NCBI GenBank assembly: GCA_963842085.1
Contig: CAWJET010000002.1
Span: forward strand, 448,001 to 512,000
Direction: 5' to 3'
Source of the DNA: an uncultured delta proteobacterium
GTDB lineage: Bacteria; Desulfobacterota; Binatia; Binatales; Binataceae
DNA length: 64,000 bases
Part shown: positions 35,777 through 45,213 of the stretch, piece by piece
How positions within the stretch are numbered: position 1 is the stretch's first letter
Layout: the number at the start of each line of letters is the position of its first letter
The notes under the pieces: model-generated
What the model was told of the DNA's origin: nothing
Database searches by the model: none
What the model saw: the letters and a program-made list of their open reading frames with translations, nothing else
Translations under genes and position numbers: made by a program

Positions 35777-37761
35777 TGCACCGCCTCGGGTTCTTTCAGC
35801 GGTTCGACGATTGAATAGATCGTTACATGGTCGTGCGACTTGGCCTTTGGATCCGCGCCGGCCGTCGCGAGGCGCACCTGCACGCGCTCGGTGCGCGAGG
35901 TCGGGATGTTCTTGCCGACGTAGTTTGGCCGAATCGGGACGGCGCGGTGTCCGCGATCGATCAACACCGCCAGCTTGACCGCGGCCGGACGTCCGCCCTG
36001 CCAGATCGTCGCCATCGCGCGCTGCACGGTCCAGCCACTGTTAATCACGTCGTCGACGAGGATGATGGTGCGGTCTTCGACGTTGAAATTCTCGGCGCCA
36101 TCGATCGGCTGCAAGGCGTCGGCCGGTTTGTACACGTCGAGCGCCGCGCATGGCGGGAGAACGCCGGTCTTCGATCCGATGAGGTCGCGCAGCCTCAGCG
36201 CGAGCATCGCGCCGCGACTTACGACGCCCACTATCGACACGCCCGGCATATCGTGAATGTCGGCAATCACCTGGTCGGCGAGAGATTCGATCGCGCGAAC
36301 GACCTCGTCTTCATTCATGACTTCGCGCTGCGGGCCGCGCTTGTAAGGTTCGTAGCCGCCTTCCTCGGCCTGCTTCACGCTGTCGAACACGGCCAGCGAG
36401 CCTTCTTCGATCCATTGGTGAACGTAGCCTTGCAGGTTTTCGTCGAAGCGATAGTAGCGATGCGAGCGCGCGTGGCCGACGTATTCGGTCTTCAGTTCGC
36501 GCTCGCAGAAGGCGCACTTAAGCGCGAGCACGCCGGCATCCGCGCTGCGGCCGAGGGTGAACCGCGGCGCCAGGTAGGCGCCTTCGAATCGCGTGATGCA
36601 GTTCAGATTTGAGCAGCGCGGCGGCGGTTCGGCCTTGAAGCGAATCGGCTCGGCCTCCGGCCGCGGACCGGCAGATACGCTGCCCGCCTTCTCCATCAGC
36701 CACGCGATCAATGCCATCCGGACCGGCACGCCGGCGGCGGCCTGCTCGAAGTACACCGCGCGCGGATCGGTATCGAGCTCGTAAGCGAGTTCGCTCGTGC
36801 GCGGCAGCGGATGCATCACCACGGCTTCATGCGTGCGCGAGGTGCGAAGCGCGCGCGCGTCGAAGCGGACGTAGTCGGCGGCACCGGATTCTTTGCCCGA
36901 CATACGCTCCTTCTGCAACCGCGTTACGTAAAATGCGTCGAGCGCGGCCGGAGGCTCGCCCGCAGGAATTTTTCGAAGCGCCTCGTCGCCGGTGAAGAGC
37001 GCCATCTGATGCGGCGCGCTCGGAGTCAGATAAAGAGCGTCGAGCCCGCCCGCCAGCGACTTGAGCTCATCCATCGTGACAGTCGAGAAGCTGTAGTTGC
37101 GTTCGGCGGCCAGCCGCTCGAGCACGTAGTCGGGAACGTCCATGCCGCTGGTCGGCACGGCGACGATGTTCGCCCCGAAACGCGCGAGCGCGTAGATCAG
37201 CGAATGAACAGTGCGGCCAAATTTCAGGTCGCCGCATAGTGCGACGGTGAGTCCCTTCAGGTGGCCCTTTTTCTTGCGCAAAATGTAGAGATCGCAAAGC
37301 GTTTGCGTTGGATGCTCGCGGCTGCCGTCGCCGGCGTTGAGAACAGGGCATGGCGCGTACTCGGCGGCGACGTGCGCCGCGCCGTCATGAGGATGCCGCA
37401 GCACGATCAGGTCGGCATAGCCGGCGACGACGCGCACTGTATCGGCCAGGCTCTCGCCCTTGGCGGCTGAGCTGGCGTGCATGTCGGCTGAGCTGATCAC
37501 GGCGCCGCCGAGGCGATGCATCGAGGACTCGAAGCTGAGGCGCGTACGGGTCGAGGGCTCGTAGAACAGTGTCGCCATGATGAGGCCGGCGGCGATCGTG
37601 ATCTGGTCGCCTCGCTCGAGCTGAGCAGCAAAGCCGTCGGCGAGCGCAAACACGCGTTCGATGTCGGAGGTGTCGAGATCCTCGATCGAAACGACGTCAA
37701 ATTTTGCCAGCCGTGACACTTTAGTGTTCGCCGCGCATCGAGCGCGCACGTTCGACCTCAT
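35773..37761 (-). CDS. pyrB: aspartate carbamoyltransferase fused to a PyrI-like Zn domain and a PyrR-like PRT domain
   Basis: FYEPSTRTR, HPTQ, GDLKFGRTVHSL, TRLQKER, MHPLPR; then CSNLNC...CAFC; then a C-terminal PyrR fold (ILVDDVINSGWT, LIDRGHRAVPIRPNYVGKNIPT). Confidence 0.93.
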   Translation of the reverse strand: MRSNVRARCAANTKVSRLAKFDVVSIEDLDTSDIERVFALADGFAAQLERGDQITIAAGLIMATLFYEPSTRTRLSFESSMHRLGGAVISSADMHASSAAKGESLADTVRVVAGYADLIVLRHPHDGAAHVAAEYAPCPVLNAGDGSREHPTQTLCDLYILRKKKGHLKGLTVALCGDLKFGRTVHSLIYALARFGANIVAVPTSGMDVPDYVLERLAAERNYSFSTVTMDELKSLAGGLDALYLTPSAPHQMALFTGDEALRKIPAGEPPAALDAFYVTRLQKERMSGKESGAADYVRFDARALRTSRTHEAVVMHPLPRTSELAYELDTDPRAVYFEQAAAGVPVRMALIAWLMEKAGSVSAGPRPEAEPIRFKAEPPPRCSNLNCITRFEGAYLAPRFTLGRSADAGVLALKCAFCERELKTEYVGHARSHRYYRFDENLQGYVHQWIEEGSLAVFDSVKQAEEGGYEPYKRGPQREVMNEDEVVRAIESLADQVIADIHDMPGVSIVGVVSRGAMLALRLRDLIGSKTGVLPPCAALDVYKPADALQPIDGAENFNVEDRTIILVDDVINSGWTVQRAMATIWQGGRPAAVKLAVLIDRGHRAVPIRPNYVGKNIPTSRTERVQVRLATAGADPKAKSHDHVTIYSIVEPLKEPEAVH

Positions 37762-38306
37762 TTTCCGTTTGCGTTTCCAATCACGACCGCGTCCGTGCCG
37801 TCTATTTCAGCGAGCCGCACATAAACGCGCTGGCCACGCGGGGCCTGGATATTCTTACCCACGTAGTCGGCGCGGATCGGAAGCTCGCGTTCGCCGCGAT
37901 CGACCAGCACCGCGAGCTGAACAGATTCCGCGCGGCCCAGGTCGGAGATCGCGTCGAGGGCGGCGCGCACGGTTCGCCCGGTATAGAGCACGTCGTCGAC
38001 GAGCACGACACGCTTGGCGTCGAGCGAAAACGGGATGTCGCGGCCGATCAGCCGGGGGTCGCCGGGCGCGCCCTTGCCGTCGTCGCGGTAGGATGAGATG
38101 TCCAGCGTGCCGACGGGGACCTCGCGCTTGCCGTTGGCGCGCAACTCGCCGGCAATTCGTTCGGCGAGCGTGGCGCCGCGGCGGACGATTCCGACCAGCA
38201 CGACGTTGTCGGCGCCGCCGTTGCGCTCGGCAATCTCCATCGCGATCCGCTTGACGGAGCGCCCGACCTGGGTGGCGTCGAGGGCCAGGTTGGATGCGGC
38301 GCTCAT
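37758..38306 (-). CDS. pyrR: bifunctional pyr operon regulator/uracil phosphoribosyltransferase
   Basis: RIAMEIAER, LDISSYRDD, VLVDDVLYTGRTVRAA, VDRGERELPIRADYVGKN. Start is ATG 38306, downstream of the attenuator. Confidence 0.95.
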   Translation of the reverse strand: MSAASNLALDATQVGRSVKRIAMEIAERNGGADNVVLVGIVRRGATLAERIAGELRANGKREVPVGTLDISSYRDDGKGAPGDPRLIGRDIPFSLDAKRVVLVDDVLYTGRTVRAALDAISDLGRAESVQLAVLVDRGERELPIRADYVGKNIQAPRGQRVYVRLAEIDGTDAVVIGNANGK

Positions 38307-38316
38307 CGCGCGGGCC

Positions 38317-38347
38317 AAAAAAAATCCCGGCTGCAAAAACAGCCGGG
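38317..38347 (-). terminator. pyr attenuator terminator
   Basis: On the minus strand: CCCGGCTG-tttttg-CAGCCGGG-A-TTTTTTTT, 10 nt before the pyrR start. Confidence 0.88.
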
Positions 38348-38375
38348 TCCGAAAATATGCACTCTCATTGTCGTT

Positions 38376-38406
38376 CCTTTTCGCTATCTCAGTAGCGGAT
38401 TAAAGG
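38376..38406 (-). promoter_or_regulatory. PyrR-binding RNA loop (anti-antiterminator)
   Basis: On the minus strand: CCTTTAATC-CGCTA-CTGAGA-TAGCG-AAAAGG. It shows the UUUAA element and CNGNGA hexaloop of PyrR binding loops. Confidence 0.8.
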
Positions 38407-38460
38407 TGACTAGAATTTATGATCGCAAGAGATCTGCGTCAACCCCGCGCGACCGAGACA

Positions 38461-39741
38461 TTAGCGCGATTTCTCGAATGCCTCTTCCATTGCGGCGGCT
38501 TCGAGCGACAGGCCGCGCGTTTCGGGTAGGAGCAGTGCCACGATGATCGAGTTGGGTATCGCGAGCAGGCTCAGGTAGCCGACCACGATCGACAGACCGC
38601 CGAGGCGCGCGGCGAGAAGCGCGATCAAGGTCTGGGCGGAGACCGCGGCGGCCGCACCGATCAGCGCGAACCACCCCATCATCGCGCCCCGGATCGCAGT
38701 CGGGAAAAGTTCCGTCGCGATCGAATTACCGCCGACCTGCCCCGCGCTCAGGCCAGCGGTGAAACAGCAATAGGTGACCTCGATCCATAGCCAGCGAACG
38801 GCCAGATGCGCCGGAGGACCCCAATAGAAGGCGAGCGCGCCGAAACCGGTCATCATGCCCGCAACGAAGATCGTGGGGATGCGACCGTAACGCTCGCAGC
38901 CTCGCGCGCCGAGCGGGAAACCGAGCATCCCCACGCCGCCTCCGACCAGCATCAGGACGCTGGCGGCGCCCGGCGCCAATTTCACGACCGAGACCAGGTG
39001 GAAGTACGCCCAACTGCTGGCCGCGACCCCCGCGATGTTGGCCAGCAACGCGCAGAACAGAATCGTGACCGCGCGGCGTCGATAGAGCTGCCCGAACGCG
39101 TCGTAGAAGCTGCTGGCTGAAGTCGTGCCGCTCGCGGCGGCGCGTTGCCAGCGGCCGCTTTCCGGGATGACCCTGGCCGCCCTACATAGCGCGGCGACTC
39201 CCATTGCCGAAGCCAGCACCAGCATCCATCTCCACGAGTGACGACTCGCCACCATCGGCATCACGATCAGGCACAGTCCGCCACCGAGACCCAGCCCCAG
39301 CCCGCCCCAGCTCTGCCCCCGTGCGCGCTCTTCGATCGCGAGTTCCTCGGCCAGGATCACGATACCGCCGGAGATTGTCGCGCCAATGAAGGCGTAGAGC
39401 GCGATCTCGCACAGCGCGAAGGCCGCGTAGTTGGTCGCGAAAGCAGCGGCGAGCGCGCCAACGGAGGTGCCGGCCATGCACACGAGTACCATTCGGCGAC
39501 GTCCCAGCCGATCGATCATCAGCGAAAGTCCAAGCGCGCCAATCGCCGAGAGCGAAATCCATGCGAACAGGCCCGCGATTCCCGACTCGCCGAGGTGAAA
39601 GCTCTTCGCGATCCAGGGTGAGCCGATGCCGTTGATCGACATCGTGAAACCTTCGAAGGCGAGCGCGCTCGCGATCGAGCGGACCAGCCGGCGATTCGTG
39701 AGCGCGGACTCCTGCTCGCCAATATGCTGCGGATCGACCAA
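38461..39741 (-). CDS. MFS transporter
   Basis: About 12 TMs, DRLGRR motif A, ERYGR, ELFPT.IRG, LPETRG. Confidence 0.92.
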   Translation of the reverse strand: MVDPQHIGEQESALTNRRLVRSIASALAFEGFTMSINGIGSPWIAKSFHLGESGIAGLFAWISLSAIGALGLSLMIDRLGRRRMVLVCMAGTSVGALAAAFATNYAAFALCEIALYAFIGATISGGIVILAEELAIEERARGQSWGGLGLGLGGGLCLIVMPMVASRHSWRWMLVLASAMGVAALCRAARVIPESGRWQRAAASGTTSASSFYDAFGQLYRRRAVTILFCALLANIAGVAASSWAYFHLVSVVKLAPGAASVLMLVGGGVGMLGFPLGARGCERYGRIPTIFVAGMMTGFGALAFYWGPPAHLAVRWLWIEVTYCCFTAGLSAGQVGGNSIATELFPTAIRGAMMGWFALIGAAAAVSAQTLIALLAARLGGLSIVVGYLSLLAIPNSIIVALLLPETRGLSLEAAAMEEAFEKSR

Positions 39742-39756
39742 GAAGAACGACGCGAA

Positions 39757-40356
39757 CTATGCGCCGCGCTTGCGCTCGAGTTTTCTTAAGCGCTGATCCT
39801 GGTCGCGGGTTTGAACTGTGATGCGGTCGTCGAAGCGGTCGAATTTGCGGGCGAGATTGGCGAGCGATTTGCTGGTTTGCTTTAGCTCGGCGCCGAGTTT
39901 CTTTGCGGCCATCTCGGCTGACGCAGCGATCTCGCGCTTGAGAATCTTCGCGGTATCGCCGCCTGAATCGGCAACCTGCCGGCCGGTGGACGCGACTGCA
40001 CGCGCGGCTTGTTCGCGGAATTCGAGCGCGCGCGTGGAAAATTCTCCGCGAAGTCCTTTCTCGGCGGCGGCCAGTTCGTCGCGGAATTCGATGCGTGCTT
40101 TGCCGAGCGCCTCGCCCAACCGCACGATCTCGGCGCCGAGATCGTCGCGCGCGGCGGTAATACCGCGCCGATTTTCGGCAATCTGCTCGGATAGAAAGCG
40201 AATCTGTCCGCCGACTTCCGCGAACTGTCCAAAGATCTCGTCGCGCAGCGTGTCCAGGCGTCCGCCGAAACCAGACACCGCTTCGACCACGAGATCGAAC
40301 CGGGCGCCCAGCTCCTCGAGGATCGCGCCAATCCTGTTCAGCGCTTCGTCCGCCAC
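39757..40356 (-). CDS. coiled-coil hypothetical protein
   Basis: All-helical amphipathic repeats, SD AAGGAAGG, and co-oriented within the operon. Confidence 0.7.
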   Translation of the reverse strand: MADEALNRIGAILEELGARFDLVVEAVSGFGGRLDTLRDEIFGQFAEVGGQIRFLSEQIAENRRGITAARDDLGAEIVRLGEALGKARIEFRDELAAAEKGLRGEFSTRALEFREQAARAVASTGRQVADSGGDTAKILKREIAASAEMAAKKLGAELKQTSKSLANLARKFDRFDDRITVQTRDQDQRLRKLERKRGA

Positions 40357-40375
40357 CTGGCCCTTCCTTTTCGGG

Positions 40376-41128
40376 TTAATGCACGATCATCCCGAGCCGA
40401 TCCCATCTGACGTACTCGAACCAGAGCAGGACTTCGCTCAGCGTCGACGCGCCGTCCGCTTTCTCCTCATTCCAGGGCAGGTAGATGATTGTGGCGCGCC
40501 CTTCGACATCGTTGAGGTCGACGAAGCCCCAGAAGCGGCTGTCGTAGCTGCGATCGCGATTATCGCCCATCATGAACAGCTTGCCCGGCGGAACAGTCAC
40601 GGGTCCGAAGTTGTCGCGCGGCGAGACGGGAGAGCGATCCTGCGCGGCGACCTCGAGATGCGCGTGCGGATCCGGCATCGGTGAGCCGTTGAGCCATACG
40701 ACGCCGTTCTTCACGGCAATCGTGTCGCCGGCGACGCCGATCACGCGCTTGATGAAATCCTTGGTGCGATCAGGCGGGAAGACGAACACCACGACATCGC
40801 CGCGATGAACCGGTTCGAGATGGAAAACGTACTGGCCCAGCGGCAGGCCGGGGATGTCGAGGCCGAAAATCGAGTCGGGCATCCGCAGCCCGTAGATGAT
40901 CTTGTTGACCAGGATGTGGTCGCCGATGAGCAGCGTCGGTTCCATCGAGCCCGACGGAATCTTGTACGCCTGTAGGAAGAATGTGCGGATGAAGATCGCG
41001 AGCACGAGCGCGATGAACATCGCCTCGCCGTATTCGCGCGCGACGGATTTCTGCACGGGCGCGTGAGTTGCGGGCTCGCGGGAAGCTTGCTGCTGCGCCT
41101 TGGGAAGATTACGCGCTGGTTCGGCCAC
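40376..41128 (-). CDS. lepB: signal peptidase I
   Basis: IPSGSMEPTL, DFIKRVIG, GDNRDRSYDSR. Confidence 0.96.
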   Translation of the reverse strand: MAEPARNLPKAQQQASREPATHAPVQKSVAREYGEAMFIALVLAIFIRTFFLQAYKIPSGSMEPTLLIGDHILVNKIIYGLRMPDSIFGLDIPGLPLGQYVFHLEPVHRGDVVVFVFPPDRTKDFIKRVIGVAGDTIAVKNGVVWLNGSPMPDPHAHLEVAAQDRSPVSPRDNFGPVTVPPGKLFMMGDNRDRSYDSRFWGFVDLNDVEGRATIIYLPWNEEKADGASTLSEVLLWFEYVRWDRLGMIVH

Positions 41129-41135
41129 GGCTACC

Positions 41136-42938
41136 CTACTCCCCGACCTTGAGCAGGGCCAGGAAAGCCTCTTGCGGAATCTCGACGCGCCCGACCTGTT
41201 TCATCCGCTTCTTGCCTTCCTTTTGCTTCTCGAGCAGCTTTCGTTTGCGCGTGATATCGCCGCCGTAACACTTGGCGGTGACATTCTTGCGCAGCGCCTT
41301 GACGGATTCCCGAGCGATGATCTTGGCGCCGATCGCGGCCTGAATCGCGACTTCGAACATCTGGCGCGGAATCAACTCGCGCATCTTTTCGCACAACGCC
41401 CGGCCCCGTTCGTAAGCCTTGTCGCGATGCACGATAATCGAAAGCGCGTCCACCACCTCGCCGTTTATCCGAATATCCAATTTAACCAGAGGCCCGGCCC
41501 GGAAGTCCAGAAACTCGTAGTCCAGCGAGGCATAGCCGCGGCTCACCGATTTCAGCCGATCGTAAAAGTCGAAGACGATCTCGGCCAGCGGCAGTTCGTA
41601 GTGCAGGATGACGCGCTTCTCGCCGAGGAAGCGCAAGTCGCGCTGGATCCCACGGCGATCCTCGCACAGCTTCATCACGGCGCCCAGGTACTCCTCGGGC
41701 ATGTGGATAGATGCGAGGATGAACGGCTCCTCGATCGCCTCGATCGTGTTCTCGTCGGGCAGCAGCGACGGATTGTCCACCGTCGTCAGCGCGCCCGAAA
41801 CGGTGCGCACCTGGTAGGCGACGGTCGGCGCAGTCACGATCAGGCTGATCCCGAATTCGCGCTCGAGACGCTCCTGCGCGATCTCCATGTGCAGCAGACC
41901 CAGGAACCCGGCGCGAAAGCCGAAGCCGAGCGCCTGCGAGGTCTCGGGCTCGCAGATGAGGCTCGCGTCGTTGAGCCGCAGCTTTTCGATCGCGTCGCGC
42001 AGCGCGCCGTACTGATTCGCCTCGGTCGGATAAAGGCCCGCGAATACCATCGGCTTCAGTTCCTTGAAGCCCGGCAGCGGCGCGACGGCGGGATTGTCCG
42101 CGTCGGTGATCGTGTCGCCCACGCGCATGTCCGCGACGGTTTTGATCCCTGCCACGACGAAGCCAACCTCGCCCGGGCCGAGCGCGTCTGCGGGCCGCTC
42201 GTGCGGAGTGAAATGCCCCAGGCGCATCACCTCGCCCAGCTTGTCGGTGCCCATCAGCCGCACTTTCATCCCGACGCGAAGTCCACCGCCGAAGACGCGG
42301 ACCAGGCCAATCACGCCTTCGTACACGTCGTACCAACTGTCGAAGATAAGCGCGCGAACGGCATTTTCGCCGGTGGGTTTGGGCGCGGGAATGCGCGCGA
42401 CGATCGCTTCGAGAACATCGTCGATGCCGACGCCTTCCTTGGCGCTGGTGAGAATCGCCTCGGAAGCGTCGAGCCCGATAATTTCCTCGATTTGCTGGCG
42501 GGTGCGTTCGATGTCGGCGCCGGGCAGATCGATCTTGTTGATCACGGGAATAATTTCCAGCCCGTGATCGAGCGCGAGATAGACGTTGGCGAGCGTTTGC
42601 GCCTCGACGCCCTGGCTCGCGTCGACGATCAGGAGCGCGCCCTCGCACGCAGCCAGGCTGCGCGAAACTTCGTAGGCAAAATCGACGTGCCCCGGGGTGT
42701 CGATCAAGTTGAGGACGTACCCTTTGCCGTCTTTGGCGGTGTAGTTGAGGCGGACCGAGCGCGCCTTGATCGTGATGCCGCGCTCGCGCTCGAGGTCCAT
42801 CGAGTCCAGGAACTGATCCTTCGACTCGCGCATCGTGAGCGCGCCGGTGCGCTCGAGGATTCGATCGGCAAGCGTGGACTTGCCGTGATCGATATGCGCG
42901 ATGATCGAAAAGTTGCGAATCGAGGCGGCTTCGGTCAT
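41136..42938 (-). CDS. lepA: translation elongation factor 4
   Basis: [56 protein letters not shown]. Start placed at MTEA. Confidence 0.98.
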   Translation of the reverse strand: MTEAASIRNFSIIAHIDHGKSTLADRILERTGALTMRESKDQFLDSMDLERERGITIKARSVRLNYTAKDGKGYVLNLIDTPGHVDFAYEVSRSLAACEGALLIVDASQGVEAQTLANVYLALDHGLEIIPVINKIDLPGADIERTRQQIEEIIGLDASEAILTSAKEGVGIDDVLEAIVARIPAPKPTGENAVRALIFDSWYDVYEGVIGLVRVFGGGLRVGMKVRLMGTDKLGEVMRLGHFTPHERPADALGPGEVGFVVAGIKTVADMRVGDTITDADNPAVAPLPGFKELKPMVFAGLYPTEANQYGALRDAIEKLRLNDASLICEPETSQALGFGFRAGFLGLLHMEIAQERLEREFGISLIVTAPTVAYQVRTVSGALTTVDNPSLLPDENTIEAIEEPFILASIHMPEEYLGAVMKLCEDRRGIQRDLRFLGEKRVILHYELPLAEIVFDFYDRLKSVSRGYASLDYEFLDFRAGPLVKLDIRINGEVVDALSIIVHRDKAYERGRALCEKMRELIPRQMFEVAIQAAIGAKIIARESVKALRKNVTAKCYGGDITRKRKLLEKQKEGKKRMKQVGRVEIPQEAFLALLKVGE

Positions 42939-42939
42939 T

Positions 42940-43881
42940 TCAACTCGAACGGGCGCGTTGCTGCTTGAAATATTTGAACGTCTCTTCGAGTCCGTCGGCG
43001 AGCTTCTTTTCGGGCCGCCAGCCAAGTTCCTTTTCCGCGCGCGCCGGCGAGATGACCGAGCGCTTCTGTTCGCCGGGGCGGGCAGCGGCGTGCTCCGCCT
43101 TGGTCGGGAAGTCGGCGATTCCCGCGAGCGTGGAATAAAGATCGTTCACGTTAGTCTCGATGCCGGTGCCGATATTTAGCGCGATTCCCGAGGTGCTCGA
43201 TTTACCCGCCGCGAGCACGGCCCTGACCACGTCGCCGACGTAAACGTAGTCGCGCGTCTGCGTGCCGTCGCCGTAAATCGTAACGGGGGTGCCGTCGAGG
43301 ATTCGTCCGCAGAAGATCGCAACGACGCCGGCCTCGCCGTGCGGATCCTGGCGCGGGCCGTACACGTTGCCGAATCGCAGCGCCAGGTAATCGATTCCGT
43401 ACTCGACCTTGTAAAAAAAGAGATAGGCTTCGGTCGCGAGCTTGGCAACGCCGTACGGACTCACCGGGCGTTTCGGATGGTCCTCATTGCAGGGAAACTC
43501 GTCCTGCTCGCCGTAAATCGCGCCGCCCGTGGAGGAAAAAACCACGCGCTTGAGGCCGTGTTTGCGCGCCGATTCGATCAGGTTGAGGAATCCGACCAGG
43601 TTCACCTGCGCGTCGAATGCGGGATCGGCGACCGAGCGCCGCACGTCCATCTGCGCCGCGAGGTGGAAAATAATCTCGGGCCGCACTTTCTCGACAACGG
43701 ACGTAACCGCGGCGGCGTCGCGCAGATCGGTCTGATAGAGCGTCGCTTTCGCGTTCACCTGATGGCGCTTGCCGGTGGAAAAATCGTCCAGCACCGACAC
43801 TTCACCCGCACCGGAGGCAACGAGCGCATCCACGATGTGCGAGCCGATAAAGCCGGCGCCGCCGGTCACCATAATTCTCAT
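42940..43881 (-). CDS. NAD-dependent epimerase/dehydratase (UDP-glucose 4-epimerase-like)
   Basis: [34 protein letters not shown]. Confidence 0.92.
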   Translation of the reverse strand: MRIMVTGGAGFIGSHIVDALVASGAGEVSVLDDFSTGKRHQVNAKATLYQTDLRDAAAVTSVVEKVRPEIIFHLAAQMDVRRSVADPAFDAQVNLVGFLNLIESARKHGLKRVVFSSTGGAIYGEQDEFPCNEDHPKRPVSPYGVAKLATEAYLFFYKVEYGIDYLALRFGNVYGPRQDPHGEAGVVAIFCGRILDGTPVTIYGDGTQTRDYVYVGDVVRAVLAAGKSSTSGIALNIGTGIETNVNDLYSTLAGIADFPTKAEHAAARPGEQKRSVISPARAEKELGWRPEKKLADGLEETFKYFKQQRARSS

Positions 43882-43896
43882 CGAAGTGTCCTTGTC

Positions 43897-45204
43897 CTAA
43901 ACCGGGTGGCGCCCGACCGAGTAGTACCGGAGTTCGAGCGCCTTCATCAGATCCGGATCATACAGGTTCCGGCCGTCGAATATCACCGGCTCCTTAAGCT
44001 CGGCCTTGATCCGCTGGAAGTTGGGATGCCGGAACTCGTTCCACTCGGTCAGAATCAACAGCGCGTCGGCACCCTGGAGCGCCTCGTAGTTGGTCTTGTG
44101 GTAGGTGACGCGATCGCCGAAAATCTTGCGCGCATTTTCCAGCGCTTCGGGGTCGTGCACGCGGCACTTCGCACCGGCCTGCAGGAGTTCCTCGATCACG
44201 ACCTGCGCCGGCGCCTCGCGCATGTCGTCGGTGCGCGGTTTGAACGCGAGCCCCCAGATCGCAAGCGTGCGGCCGGTCAGGTTTTCTCCGAAATGCTGTT
44301 TCACGCGGGCGGGAATCAGCCGCTTCTGGCGGGAGTTCACCGACTCCGCGGCCCGCAGAAGCGCGAAATCGAGATTATGCTCGCTGGCAGTATGAATCAT
44401 CGCCTGCACATCCTTGGGAAAGCATGAACCGCCGTAACCGACTCCCGGGAACAGGAACGACGAACCGATGCGCTTGTCGGTGCCGAGTCCGCGGCGGACG
44501 GCGTTGATGTCGGCGCCCACAGCGTCGCACAGGTTCGCCATCTCGTTGATGAACGAGATGCGCATCGCGAGCATCGCGTTGGACGCATACTTGGTCAGCT
44601 CCGCCGAGCGCGGATCCATCACGAGGATCGGATTGTCGGTGCGCACGAACGGGTTGTGAATCTCCTTGAGGATAGCCGTCGCTTGCTCGCTCAGGCTTCC
44701 GATCACGACCCGGTCCGGCCGCATGAAGTCCTCTATCGCGGAGCCTTCCTTGAGAAACTCCGGAACCGAGCACACGTCCGCCCGATGCTTGGCAAATTTA
44801 CCGACAATTTCCCGCACTCGATCGTTGGTGCCAACCGGGACGGTGCTCTTGATTGCCACGATATGATAGCCGGTGATCGCCTTTGCGATATCCTCGGCGG
44901 CCTGGAAAATCGCGCTCAAATCCGCCGCGCCTGACGCGCTCATCGGAGTGCCTACGGCGATATATGAGACCATCGACTGTTTGATCGCCTCGGCGATGTC
45001 GGTGGTGAAGTGAAGCCGGCCTTCCTTCAGATTGCGCCGCACCAGTTCTTCGAGTCCCGGCTCGTAAATCGGAATCTTGCCCTCACAAAGCTGCGCGATT
45101 CGCTGCTGGTCGATGTCGACGCAGAATACTTCGTTGCCGCTTTCGGCATAGCAAGTGCCGCTCACGAGTCCGACGTATCCGCTCCCCACGACTGCGATGT
45201 TCAT
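43897..45204 (-). CDS. ugd: UDP-glucose 6-dehydrogenase
   Basis: GSGYVG, KSTVPVG, PEFLKEG, GYGGSCFPKD, AFKP.TDDMRE. Confidence 0.95.
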   Translation of the reverse strand: MNIAVVGSGYVGLVSGTCYAESGNEVFCVDIDQQRIAQLCEGKIPIYEPGLEELVRRNLKEGRLHFTTDIAEAIKQSMVSYIAVGTPMSASGAADLSAIFQAAEDIAKAITGYHIVAIKSTVPVGTNDRVREIVGKFAKHRADVCSVPEFLKEGSAIEDFMRPDRVVIGSLSEQATAILKEIHNPFVRTDNPILVMDPRSAELTKYASNAMLAMRISFINEMANLCDAVGADINAVRRGLGTDKRIGSSFLFPGVGYGGSCFPKDVQAMIHTASEHNLDFALLRAAESVNSRQKRLIPARVKQHFGENLTGRTLAIWGLAFKPRTDDMREAPAQVVIEELLQAGAKCRVHDPEALENARKIFGDRVTYHKTNYEALQGADALLILTEWNEFRHPNFQRIKAELKEPVIFDGRNLYDPDLMKALELRYYSVGRHPV

Positions 45205-45213
45205 CGATAGCCT

